IMG/VR virus record: IMGVR_UViG_2579778529_000009 | Span: 1-31,614 of that record | DNA from: a virus | Taxonomy: Duplodnaviria > Heunggongvirae > Uroviricota > Caudoviricetes | DNA length: 31,614 bases | Strand: one strand, 5' to 3' | Shown here: piece by piece, positions 18,253-27,034 of the stretch | Numbering within the stretch: the first letter of the stretch is position 1 | How the letters are laid out: the number at the start of each line of letters is the position of its first letter | The notes under the pieces: model-generated | Database searches by the model: none | Seen by the model: the letters and a program-made list of their open reading frames with translations, nothing else | What the model was told of the DNA's origin: nothing | Translations under genes and position numbers: made by a program

Positions 18253-19248
18253 TCAGGCCAGCACGCCAGTTGCCAGCGCACGATCGATAAAACGAAATAT
18301 CAGCTCCAGCTGGGAGCCATACCTCTCTTCAAATGCCACGGTATCCGCATGCAGCTCGTCGTGATGCTTTCTGCACAAAGGCAACACAAAAAGGTCATGC
18401 GCTTTTGTTCCCATTCCACCCTGACCGTAACCTATCAGGTGGTGGGGATCATCAGCGGGCTTTCCACAACATGCACACGGCTGTGTCTTAACCCAGCGCG
18501 TGTACTTTTCATTAACCCAGCGGCGACGTTTTGGGCGTAACATAAAAGACTCCGGCGACTCCGGATCCACTTTCAGCGCCAGCACCTTTTTCGCCTTATC
18601 CTGGATGATGCTGGTGGCAGGAACCGAAGGCACAAGGTCACTTTCCCGGGTGACAGACGGCACAACAGGCTTCGGTAATCTCAGTGCCTTACGGGCTGCA
18701 CTTTCCGGTAAGGCATCCGCCAGGTCATTACGAATCAGCCACCAGCACAGTTCCGGCATTGTCACAACGTGACTGTCATCAAAACCGAGATCCCGACGCA
18801 CAACAGACAACACCCAGCGGGCACAGTTATCCGTTGCCATTGATTCCAGCCGTTCCGTGAACTGATCGCGCAGCTGGTTATCGCAGTGCCAGCACAGACG
18901 GATTGCACCCGGAGCGTGTCGCATTGTGGTCATGTTCTCGCTGTGCCAGTCGGAATGAGGCCACTGGCAGCCTTTTTTACGAAGTAACCAGCTTTCAAGA
19001 CATTCCACGCCACCAGCACGACGGATCACTGCCTCATTGCGGAACACGGCCCGAACGGCAGGATCATCCGCCAGCGGTTGTGACGCCGCGGGAACGGCAC
19101 CACTGGCGAAAGATGAATAATGCTCCGGCTCAGGCTCCAGCAGGACACGCCCCTGCATAAACAGGGGCATCAGCTCTGAACCGGGCCTGAACAATACGAT
19201 CCCCATACGCGGGGCAATTTCAGGGGTCAGTAGTGCTCTCACGGTCAC
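18253..19248 (-). CDS. DUF968-family protein with C-terminal Cys/His (HNH-like) motif
   Basis: 331 aa; C-terminal CACCGK...DPHHL...CRKHHDELH; typical nin-region gene upstream of Q in lambdoid prophages. Confidence 0.55.
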   Translation of the reverse strand: MTVRALLTPEIAPRMGIVLFRPGSELMPLFMQGRVLLEPEPEHYSSFASGAVPAASQPLADDPAVRAVFRNEAVIRRAGGVECLESWLLRKKGCQWPHSDWHSENMTTMRHAPGAIRLCWHCDNQLRDQFTERLESMATDNCARWVLSVVRRDLGFDDSHVVTMPELCWWLIRNDLADALPESAARKALRLPKPVVPSVTRESDLVPSVPATSIIQDKAKKVLALKVDPESPESFMLRPKRRRWVNEKYTRWVKTQPCACCGKPADDPHHLIGYGQGGMGTKAHDLFVLPLCRKHHDELHADTVAFEERYGSQLELIFRFIDRALATGVLA

Positions 19249-19249
19249 C

Positions 19250-20047
19250 TCAATGAACGGTATCGAGCAGCTTTAACAGCTCAGGGAATCGGGATTCGAA
19301 GAAATGCGGCTGCGTCTCGCGCGGATTTGCGGGACTGGTGATGTTCTTGCCGAACATGCAGCCTTTCGCTGTCAGCGACCAGAATTTTTTGATGTTGTTA
19401 ATCGCGGTACGGCTGTATCGTTCGCGTTGTTCAACGATCCCCAGCTTCGCCATCTGGTGATATGCCTGATTAGCCGTCAGGCGGATACCATACTGTTTCA
19501 GCAGTGCACTCAGCGACAGCGTAGGGCGACTTGAGCCATCAGGCGCGTCAGCAGGAGCATCAATGGCATAGCGCGGTGCCAGATTCGGTAAGCCAACAGC
19601 CTCCTGGAGTTTCTGACAGGCACTAAGCACAGATGAGTTAGACAGATTTAACTCCCGACGCATAAAGTCCAGCAGAATCACACCAGCCTGCATCTTGTCA
19701 GCAGCCTGCCCGGATAATTTTTCCGGTATGCTGGTTACCATGTCAAAAGTACGGATCACCTTCAGATGGAATGACGGGCTAATCCACATTGCATAGGCAT
19801 ACACCAGTTCCTTGCAGACATACGTTCCCTGGTTATTTCCACCACGAATGACATTAACTGGCGCTATATTGACCGAGTTGCAAATCTGCAACTCGCTTAT
19901 TAAGCGTTCAGTTTGCTCATTGCGGAGCCAGAATGCGGGCTTATGCTTATCCAGAGAACCAGCAGCCCTGTGCAGATCGTTCAGGCTGTAACGACCATAA
20001 GCATCACGACGAACTTCAATACCATCAATAACCATCAGATTATTCAT
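19250..20047 (-). CDS. KilA-N domain protein (antirepressor-like)
   Basis: N-terminal IDGIEVRRDAYGRYSLNDLHRAAG pattern typical of KilA-N domains. Confidence 0.65.
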   Translation of the reverse strand: MNNLMVIDGIEVRRDAYGRYSLNDLHRAAGSLDKHKPAFWLRNEQTERLISELQICNSVNIAPVNVIRGGNNQGTYVCKELVYAYAMWISPSFHLKVIRTFDMVTSIPEKLSGQAADKMQAGVILLDFMRRELNLSNSSVLSACQKLQEAVGLPNLAPRYAIDAPADAPDGSSRPTLSLSALLKQYGIRLTANQAYHQMAKLGIVEQRERYSRTAINNIKKFWSLTAKGCMFGKNITSPANPRETQPHFFESRFPELLKLLDTVH

Positions 20048-20066
20048 ACTTCGTTTCTCCTCTTAA

Positions 20067-20456
20067 TCAGGCGGCTGCACCCGCCGTTTTCTCGTACTTA
20101 CTGATAGTGATCTCGACCTTCCCTTCCGGGATAACCGGTCCCCACTCCACCAGCATTCTTTTCACCTGACTGTCGTCTTCCCACACACCCGCGTGGGTCA
20201 GGGCGTCAAACAGCGCCTTGTTATAGTTGTCCAGATCGCGGATCCGGTTATCCGGAGGAAACAACACGATCTCCACTGAAGCAGGTGCCGACGTTGGTTT
20301 TGGCAGACGACGTAACTGCTCAACTATTGCTGCACACGCCGCGCTCTGAAATTTTCGCCCCGCCGCGCTTATCAGGCTCTTACCAGCAAATGCCCCTTTG
20401 TTGGGGTGTCGCCAGTACGTGTTCACGCTGGGCGGGAAAGGCAGGATTAGCTTCAT
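20067..20456 (-). CDS. rusA: Holliday junction resolvase RusA
   Basis: 129 aa; LPFPPSVNTYWRH...RDLDNYNKALFDALTHAGVWEDDSQV matches RusA family including catalytic Asp cluster. Confidence 0.85.
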   Translation of the reverse strand: MKLILPFPPSVNTYWRHPNKGAFAGKSLISAAGRKFQSAACAAIVEQLRRLPKPTSAPASVEIVLFPPDNRIRDLDNYNKALFDALTHAGVWEDDSQVKRMLVEWGPVIPEGKVEITISKYEKTAGAAA

Positions 20457-20779
20457 ACTTTCAGGCCTCTCTCATGTAACCAGTGGGCTGCACGCAACCT
20501 GGCGTTCTCCTCACCGGCAAGCAGTGCGCGGATGATACCGACCGCCTCGCTGTCGTCGTCCTTCACCGCGGTATGAAGCGTGATCCCCCGGGCCACGCCA
20601 CGCTTTATCGTGATGACGCCTTTTTTCTCCAGTGCGCGAAGATGCTCTACCGCTGCATTCACTGAACGGTATCCCAGCATGGTTGCCACCTCCTGATTGG
20701 TTGGCGGGAAGCCACGTTCTTTCTGGTAAGAAATCAGCATATCCAGCACCTGCTGCTGGCATTGAGTTAACGTCGTCAT
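20453..20779 (-). CDS. LexA DNA-binding-domain-only protein (no S24 peptidase domain)
   Basis: LTQCQQQVLDMLISYQKERGFPPTNQEVATMLGYRSVNAAVEHLRALEKKGVI parallels recalled LexA N-terminal winged HTH ([53 protein letters not shown]); only 108 aa. Confidence 0.7.
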   Translation of the reverse strand: MTTLTQCQQQVLDMLISYQKERGFPPTNQEVATMLGYRSVNAAVEHLRALEKKGVITIKRGVARGITLHTAVKDDDSEAVGIIRALLAGEENARLRAAHWLHERGLKV

Positions 20780-21429
20780 GCCGCCATCTCCCTGACCAGC
20801 TTTTCCGCCTGCAGGCGAACCTGCGCCAGAAACGCCTCACCACATGCCTCAAGTTCATCGCGCCCGATGTAGCTGATTGCCGGTCCCTTCCAGGTCTTGT
20901 CGAAAACAGCAATAGCACCAGCGAAGAAAGCGCCTGTCGGCACCTGCTTCTCATCCTTCGGGATAAACCAGGCAGGCAGTTCAAAACCAATACGCCCGCG
21001 AATAAAAGCAATATGATCTGCATCTTCCGGCCACCACACTTCGCTGGTGGCAGCTTTGATCAGGAAAACATAGCGCCCGCCCTTATCACGCATGGCACTG
21101 GCATGCTTCATGATGTAACGCATGCCGGTGATGTATTGCCCCTCATGCTGACTGGCGCGGCTGTATGGGGGATTTCCAAAGGCAGCACCTTTAAGCTCCG
21201 CAAGGCGTTCTGACCAGTCATGCGCCAGCGCGTTGTCTTCCGCCGTGTAATACGCAGCACATTTGGCGTTATCACCGTCAGTGAACAGATCCAGAACAAA
21301 CGGACCAAACAGGGTGTTAATTCCCCAGAAAATGTTGTCCGGCGTGCGCCACTGATCGCCCACTTCCTTCAGTTCATGGGCTGGTTTGTTCCGCAGTTCC
21401 ACCAGCTCCTGGCAATATTTATTACTCAT
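20776..21429 (-). CDS. DNA N6-adenine methyltransferase (phage Dam-like, orphan)
   Basis: FGNPPY motif IV; about 217 aa from ATG 21429 which overlaps stop of upstream gene; no adjacent restriction enzyme. Confidence 0.8.
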   Translation of the reverse strand: MSNKYCQELVELRNKPAHELKEVGDQWRTPDNIFWGINTLFGPFVLDLFTDGDNAKCAAYYTAEDNALAHDWSERLAELKGAAFGNPPYSRASQHEGQYITGMRYIMKHASAMRDKGGRYVFLIKAATSEVWWPEDADHIAFIRGRIGFELPAWFIPKDEKQVPTGAFFAGAIAVFDKTWKGPAISYIGRDELEACGEAFLAQVRLQAEKLVREMAA

Positions 21430-21923
21430 TAAGCCCCCACGTAATTCCCTGACAGATACCACTCATCACCCGATACAGCGCGCTTGCTGCTTTTCCGTAA
21501 ACACTGCTCACGACGCGCCAGAAAATTGTTTCGTTCTGGCTGGGAGTGGCTTTCACGGAATGCCGCCATCCACACCGTTGCAGCACGACGGTATAAGCCC
21601 CTGGACTCCAGTTCTTCAGCCTGGCGGGTCAGGCATAAAATCTCCCGCGGGTCGTTAGTGCCGACATAGAAATTGCGCACAGGTCTGGTTTCACGAACTG
21701 GTTGCCGTTCCGCCTCCGGCGATATCTTTGTCTGGCGCGGGAAATGTCTGCGTGTATCCCCTTCACAACGGTGAGCCACACGCCCACTCTGACGTAACTT
21801 GCTTGCTGACTGCAGAACGCGCTGCCGTGAGTAACCTGCAAAAGCATCCGCAATGTCTCCGGAAGTACACCCCGGATGGGCTTCAATGAATTTCTGAACT
21901 TCATTCAAAAGACTCATGATCAC
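21429..21923 (-). CDS. Putative regulator with C-terminal PerC-like motif
   Basis: LESRGLYRRAATVWMAA...ARREQCLRKS resembles PerC/Pch family signature; N-terminal HTH-like segment; ATGA coupling to replication gene. Confidence 0.4.
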   Translation of the reverse strand: MIMSLLNEVQKFIEAHPGCTSGDIADAFAGYSRQRVLQSASKLRQSGRVAHRCEGDTRRHFPRQTKISPEAERQPVRETRPVRNFYVGTNDPREILCLTRQAEELESRGLYRRAATVWMAAFRESHSQPERNNFLARREQCLRKSSKRAVSGDEWYLSGNYVGA

Positions 21924-22738
21924 CCCCTGAATCCTGCCGGGATCTGGCTGTAGTCCACGTTGTCGTAACTGGCTTTGAAGTACGGGTCCTCACGTCTGGC
22001 TGCAGATACCGCAGGAACTTCCCAGGATTCTTCGAAATGACGATCCGGACCAAAGAACGTGACAGCCTGTTTCACAAATTGTGTGCCGCTGTTACCCATC
22101 GCAGATACCCAGCCCGCATAGCGTTTCACACCTTCCAGCATGGTTTCGGGGTTTACCCCCTCATTCAAACGGGCTTTCCAGGCTTTGAAGGCTGCAGATT
22201 TTGAATTGCCACCAGCACGTTTGGGATATGCCAGCCATGCCTGCTCAAACTCCGGAGAGTATTCCGGTCGGTTTGAACGAACTCGCACAGACTCATCAGC
22301 AGATGCACCAACAGCTATTGGTTCATTGACTGGTTCTTTGACTGGTTCAAAAGAGTGACTGGTTCTGGGTGAATCTCCTGCACTACCCCCTAGTGCAACT
22401 CCTGCACTACCTGGTGAATTTGCTGCACCAGATAGTGAATTATTTGCACTACCCCCTAGTGAATCTCCTGCACCATCCAGATGAAGGAGATAGATATTAC
22501 TTGAGTTACCTTTTTCACCTTTCCGGGTGACTTTTTTTACCAGCCCGGACTCACAAAGGGCCGCAATATGATTCATCACAGAACGTTTGCTAATCTCGCA
22601 CTGGTCAGCAATATGCTGGTAGCTGGGCCAGCACTCACCCTGATCGCTGGCATTATCAGCCAGCTTGATCAGAACCAGTTTTCGCAATGGATTACCCACT
22701 CGAATTTTCATCGCTTTAACCATCAGCTCCATACTCAT
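21920..22738 (-). CDS. Putative replication initiation protein (N-terminal HTH; contains iteron-like repeats)
   Basis: N-terminal HTH (WPSYQHIADQCEISKRSVMNHIAALCESGLVKK), low-complexity Gly/Ser/Ala middle encoded by DNA direct repeats, conserved C-terminal domain; O-equivalent position. Confidence 0.55.
   Translation of the reverse strand: MSMELMVKAMKIRVGNPLRKLVLIKLADNASDQGECWPSYQHIADQCEISKRSVMNHIAALCESGLVKKVTRKGEKGNSSNIYLLHLDGAGDSLGGSANNSLSGAANSPGSAGVALGGSAGDSPRTSHSFEPVKEPVNEPIAVGASADESVRVRSNRPEYSPEFEQAWLAYPKRAGGNSKSAAFKAWKARLNEGVNPETMLEGVKRYAGWVSAMGNSGTQFVKQAVTFFGPDRHFEESWEVPAVSAARREDPYFKASYDNVDYSQIPAGFRG
22320..22475. repeat. Cluster of short direct repeats inside replication gene; candidate iteron-type origin
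   Basis: TGACTGGTTC x3 (about 22329-22365) and TGCACTACCCCCTAGTG / GTGAATCTCCTGCAC each x2 (about 22368-22474). Confidence 0.4.
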
Positions 22739-22959
22739 GCTGCACCTCCGAGATGCTTCATGTTTTTTCCGGAGCGAAAGGTTATAAGCGGCATACTGAC
22801 GCGGTAATTACGGCCCAGCGGTTCACAAATCACCTTCTGACATTCACGGTCAACCAGGCTAACACGTAGAACATGCCCTGCAGGTGTGGTGTACCACTGA
22901 CCCGGACGAGGACAACGGAAAGTCTGATTGGTAAACCGTTTGAAAATATTCCGGATCAT
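22735..22959 (-). CDS. Hypothetical small protein (74 aa)
   Basis: Start and stop both overlap neighbours in ATGA-type couplings, suggesting genuine translation. Confidence 0.4.
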   Translation of the reverse strand: MIRNIFKRFTNQTFRCPRPGQWYTTPAGHVLRVSLVDRECQKVICEPLGRNYRVSMPLITFRSGKNMKHLGGAA

Positions 22960-23501
22960 TTGCGCCCCCTTACCTCTGAAGGGTTCAGCGACAAATTTAT
23001 GAGGCAGGCCAGTGCCGAAGCATCATTAATATAGTCATACAAGCTAACAGCCAGCGGAGATTCGGCTTTTGCCAACATAGGATAAAGCTGCTGCAGCCAG
23101 ACCTGATGAATTGATGAAATGTAGGAACAGAGAACGCTGGCGTTATGTGCAACGTCGCTCGGTACAGCGGGCTTTGAAAGCTGTTTCTCCATCTGGTTAA
23201 AGGCATTGATGTATGCCTCTTTGAACTGGGCAGCACGTTTACCCGTGAAACCCATAGCAAGAAACGCAAAGCCGTCGCGGGTTATTTGATAGCAAGGTAG
23301 TTTGCGGCCTGTGCAATCGGTGTAATCACTCACCGAAAAATTGCGGGCAGTGAATGATGCGGAACATTCAAGCGTGCGGATCTTTTTCAGTACATCGTCA
23401 TGACGTTTGGAGAAGAAGTTGGCAACAGCCAGGGATGAAGTAACAGCCTGACCATCAACGATGGCAATTTCAGGTTGAGTGAGGGTTGGGATCGTAGCCA
23501 T
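22956..23501 (-). CDS. Rha-family phage regulatory protein (from internal ATG 23501; ORF remains open upstream to 24107)
   Basis: MATIPTLTQPEIAIVDGQAVTSSLAVANFFSKRHDDVLKKIRTLE... typical Rha N-terminal domain; AAAGAGG RBS upstream of ATG 23501. Confidence 0.65.
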   Translation of the reverse strand: MATIPTLTQPEIAIVDGQAVTSSLAVANFFSKRHDDVLKKIRTLECSASFTARNFSVSDYTDCTGRKLPCYQITRDGFAFLAMGFTGKRAAQFKEAYINAFNQMEKQLSKPAVPSDVAHNASVLCSYISSIHQVWLQQLYPMLAKAESPLAVSLYDYINDASALACLINLSLNPSEVRGRK

Positions 23502-24103
23502 GATGGCAGCCTCTTTGGTGATTTTTAATAACTCACCACCAAGGCTTTCCACGACCTTATTGGTGGTGAGACGTACAGGGGTGGAAATACCGGTCACCAA
23601 AGAACCCGGCCCAACCGAAGTTGGCCCTGCACGCCCCACCATAATTTGGGCGTAATGCTGCTCATGACACAAAAAAACCGCAAGAGCGCGGTTGTGCGCT
23701 TTGGTGAATTCCGGGTTTCCACGCCCGGCACCCGCTTTATAAGGTGCCTGAACAGTGTAACGTCCCGGAATGGCAGAATCAATGTGCTGGTGGTCCTTCA
23801 CACTCAACAAAATCACGCCTGAATTTCCACAAAGGACTAAAGCATTCATGCGGGTAGTCTTTGCGAAGATAGATAACGCGCTGTGTTTCTGGCTCCCAAC
23901 GAATAACATGAACATAAAGTCCTCTTCCGTCACGAAACCAGCGGTTAAGTTCCTGCACAACTCGCCCCCCACAGTCAGGTAAAGTTCTCTGTGGTTACTT
24001 ACAGCCAGGTGATTTGGTAATCTGCATTCATGCCGTAACAACAGGTGTGCAGCGACACTGACCACCAGCTGTTGCGACAAACGGTTATTTGCCGTTAAAC
24101 TGT

Positions 24104-24655
24104 TCATGCGTTAGTTTCTCCACAGACACAAAACGCCACGACGCCCGGAGCTGCACACTCGCGGGCGTCACTCTTTTCTGGAGCGCAGAAAATTTTGTAG
24201 ACCAGTGCCGCATGCTCCTGGAGCTTCGAAATTGACAGATACAATTCATCATTAATTGCTGTCTGCTCGTGTGGCTCCACTACCCCATCTTCGATTGCCG
24301 AACGAATCTGCTTTGAGTAACTCCCGATCTGTTCGATGACTTCCAGCAGGCGCTGGTTTATATCTGCGTTCTCTACTTCCTCAATTTCAGGAAGCGATAC
24401 AAACACCCCACCAGCAGACTGTGCGACAGCATCCGCAATGTAGTGAGTGCCAGCAGCACGCTGTAAAATCATTGCCCATCCCAGCGGGAAAATCTGATCG
24501 CCATCTGCACGAAGGCGGTTGAATAAAGCGTTCTCTGTAACATCCAGCCACTCAGCAGCTTCAGCGTAACCCCCCGGCAACGCCGCGATAGTTTTTCTGA
24601 CAGCTTTCACGTACCACTCAGGCTGTTTTTCCACTTTCCAGTGATGATTACCCAC
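24104..24655 (-). CDS. Hypothetical regulator in the cII position (function unassigned)
   Basis: 183 aa directly downstream of cro-like gene, start overlaps cro stop; no confident motif. Confidence 0.35.
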   Translation of the reverse strand: MGNHHWKVEKQPEWYVKAVRKTIAALPGGYAEAAEWLDVTENALFNRLRADGDQIFPLGWAMILQRAAGTHYIADAVAQSAGGVFVSLPEIEEVENADINQRLLEVIEQIGSYSKQIRSAIEDGVVEPHEQTAINDELYLSISKLQEHAALVYKIFCAPEKSDARECAAPGVVAFCVCGETNA

Positions 24656-24908
24656 GGCTTACCTCCTGTTCCTGTGGTTTAAACCCATTCTGGTTTTGGC
24701 TAGATTGAAAACGTGCCGGATAAAGAATCTGCATTTCGCTGATTTCACCCTTAAAAAAATTGGCCAGACGTTCTGCAAGATCGATAGATGGAATTTGTTC
24801 CAGTCTTTCAATACGACTCAGCGTCGCTGGATTGACCTGAACGCCAGCAGCAACATGCTGCAAAGTAAATCCGTGCGCCTTACGCACATTACGTAATGGT
24901 GATTGCAT
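24648..24908 (-). CDS. Cro-like HTH (XRE-family) repressor
   Basis: 86 aa, HTH (FTLQHVAAGVQVNPATLSRIER); divergent from CI-like gene across operator region; GGAGG upstream. Confidence 0.7.
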   Translation of the reverse strand: MQSPLRNVRKAHGFTLQHVAAGVQVNPATLSRIERLEQIPSIDLAERLANFFKGEISEMQILYPARFQSSQNQNGFKPQEQEVSRG

Positions 24909-24922
24909 ATGACCTCCACATA

Positions 24923-24985
24923 TTGCGTGATGAGCATATTATTTCACGCAAATATTTTGCGCAAGTTGATTTGCTTAACGCGCAA
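24923..24985. promoter_or_regulatory. oR-like operator region between cro-like and cI-like genes
   Basis: TTGC-N7-GCAA-type 15-bp sites (TTGCTTAACGCGCAA; imperfect TTGCGTGATGAGCAT) spaced 24/48 bp in the 97-bp divergent intergenic region. Confidence 0.45.
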
Positions 24986-25005
24986 TAAAGAAATGTAATA
25001 AACGC

Positions 25006-25698
25006 ATGAACATAGGAAACCGAGTCAGACAACTTCGCCAGGCGAAGAACATGAAAATAGCCGATCTCGCTGAAGCAATAGGAGTGGATGCGGCGAATAT
25101 CTCACGCCTGGAAACAGGTAAGCAGAAACAATTCACTGAACAAGCCCTGAGTAATATTGCCAGGAGCTTAGGTGTTGATATTGCTGATCTCTTTACCTCA
25201 GACTTCAAAAGTAATACTGTATGCAAAAACAGTATTAGTGAGGATGTTGCGCAGGTGAAGGATGTATTCCGTATTGAAATGCTGGATGTCAGTGCCAGTG
25301 CGGGAAATGGCCTTATCCAGGGCGGTGATGTCATTGATGTGATTCATGCCATTGAATACAGAACTGATAATGCTGTATCGATGTTTGGCGGACGGCCAGC
25401 CAATCACATTAAAGTTATCAACGTTCGTGGGGACAGTATGTGTCCAACCATTGAGCCAGGAGATCTCATCTTCGTTGATGTCAGTATCAATCAGTTTGAT
25501 GGAGATGGTATCTATGTATTTGGTTTTGATGATAAAATTTATGTCAAACGACTGCAAATGATACCTGACAAACTACTGGTGATTTCTGATAACCAGATTT
25601 ACCGTGAATGGGGAATTACCAGCGAAAATGAACACCGGTTTATGGTCTTTGGAAAGGTCTTAATCAGCCAGTCACAAACCCTTAAGCGACACAATTAA
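25006..25698 (+). CDS. CI-like repressor (HTH XRE + S24 LexA-like autopeptidase)
   Basis: N-terminal HTH (NMKIADLAEAIGVDAANISRLETGK); C-terminal S24 domain with Ser in VRGDSM and Lys in YVKRL. Confidence 0.9.
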   Translation: MNIGNRVRQLRQAKNMKIADLAEAIGVDAANISRLETGKQKQFTEQALSNIARSLGVDIADLFTSDFKSNTVCKNSISEDVAQVKDVFRIEMLDVSASAGNGLIQGGDVIDVIHAIEYRTDNAVSMFGGRPANHIKVINVRGDSMCPTIEPGDLIFVDVSINQFDGDGIYVFGFDDKIYVKRLQMIPDKLLVISDNQIYREWGITSENEHRFMVFGKVLISQSQTLKRHN

Positions 25699-25753
25699 CC
25701 CTTACCTCCTCATCAATTAGCCACCCGAAGGTGGCTTTTCATTACTCATCAAA

Positions 25754-25792
25754 TTGCATATCTCGCAACAAAAACACTTGCATAATGCGCAA
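25754..25792 (+). promoter_or_regulatory. oL-like operators downstream of cI
   Basis: Two sites TTGCATATCTCGCAA and TTGCATAATGCGCAA, 24 bp apart, same TTGC-N7-GCAA consensus as the oR region. Confidence 0.45.
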
Positions 25793-26497
25793 CTTCATTT
25801 TATCTTTCTTTCCAGACAAACAAACAAGGTACTAACAAAATTTGGTTGTAACACGGCGTATGGCACATGCGTCGTTAGCGGTCTGGGGACGTTAAAGGGG
25901 ACAATCCACTCCTTGCTCGGGCAAACAAACCAGGTAGCCGGAATGTGCAAGTCAATGATGATGCTGATAAGACGCCTAACCAGCGTGGCGATTCGGTTTG
26001 ACGCCTGGGAAGAGACCAGGGTGCAACGATGAGGGCATTTATGGAACCGCGACAAAGTGTGGTGCCGTAACTGGCTAAGTGCTCTCAGCGTTGTGGTGAA
26101 TGCGCAGGCTGATGCGCGAAAGACATTGCAGATATTGCGGAAAAGAGCTGTTCGGCGGGGCAATTAAATGCCCGTGAGAGTCTGAAATAACCGCAAGCCG
26201 GAGATCAGCACCGGTCACCACAACAGCCACTGCTTTGGCGGTACCAGTTTGTACACTTGCTTCCGGCTGGTACCGTCCTTTTTACAAAACAGAGAAGAGC
26301 ATCACCGGACGACGGGCTCATAACCCAATCCATCCGGGCGGCTGCCACCGCAGGTGTTCTTCTCTGTTTTGTGGAGAAACTAACCGCCCCTGCGGGGGCA
26401 TCTATTGAAACGTAATTGACTCAATAATCGCCGGATGGTGAGGGCTTCCTTTTCCCAAAATTCAGCGCGGTGCAGCGCATATAAAGTGGAGAACGAA

Positions 26498-27034
26498 ATG
26501 TCATTTATTAAAACTTTTTCCGGGAAGCATTTTTATTATGACAAGATAAATAAAGACGACATCGTTATTAACGATATCGCGGTTTCCCTTTCAAATATCT
26601 GCCGCTTTGCCGGTCATCTTTCTCACTTCTACAGCGTCGCCCAACATGCGGTGCTTTGCAGCCAGCTGGTGCCGCAGGAATTTGCTTTTGAAGCTTTAAT
26701 GCATGATGCAACAGAAGCATATTGCCAGGACATCCCCGCACCACTGAAACGACTTCTTCCTGACTATAAACGGATGGAAGAAAAAATAGACGCCGTAATC
26801 CGTGAGAAATACGGGTTACCTCCTGTTATGAGCACGCCAGTGAAATATGCCGATCTCATTATGCTGGCAACCGAACGCCGCGATCTCGGGCTTGATGATG
26901 GCTCTTTCTGGCCTGTGCTGGAAGGTATCCCGGCAACAGAGATGTTCAACGTGATTCCACTGGCTCCAGGCCATGCCTACGGGATGTTTATGGAACGCTT
27001 TAACGAATTATCGGAGTTACGCAAATGCGCATGA
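26498..27034 (+). CDS. HD-domain phosphohydrolase (YfdR-like 5-prime-nucleotidase family)
   Basis: HD motifs (FAGHLSHFYSVAQHAVL...EALMHDATEAY); 178 aa from ATG 26498 with GGAGAA RBS; first gene of early-left operon. Confidence 0.7.
   Translation: MSFIKTFSGKHFYYDKINKDDIVINDIAVSLSNICRFAGHLSHFYSVAQHAVLCSQLVPQEFAFEALMHDATEAYCQDIPAPLKRLLPDYKRMEEKIDAVIREKYGLPPVMSTPVKYADLIMLATERRDLGLDDGSFWPVLEGIPATEMFNVIPLAPGHAYGMFMERFNELSELRKCA

Noticed and set aside
20511-21023. 170-aa Arg-rich minus-strand ORF
   Set aside because: Alternative frame overlapping the methyltransferase and LexA-like genes; composition typical of an out-of-frame artefact
25198-25557. 119-aa minus-strand ORF
   Set aside because: Antisense within the CI-like repressor gene
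25795-26163. 122-aa minus-strand ORF and 92-aa plus-strand ORF (25754..26032) in the oL/leader region
   Set aside because: The first is on the wrong strand for the early-left operon and the second starts inside the operator repeats; neither has an RBS or recognisable motif; region treated as leader/regulatory RNA
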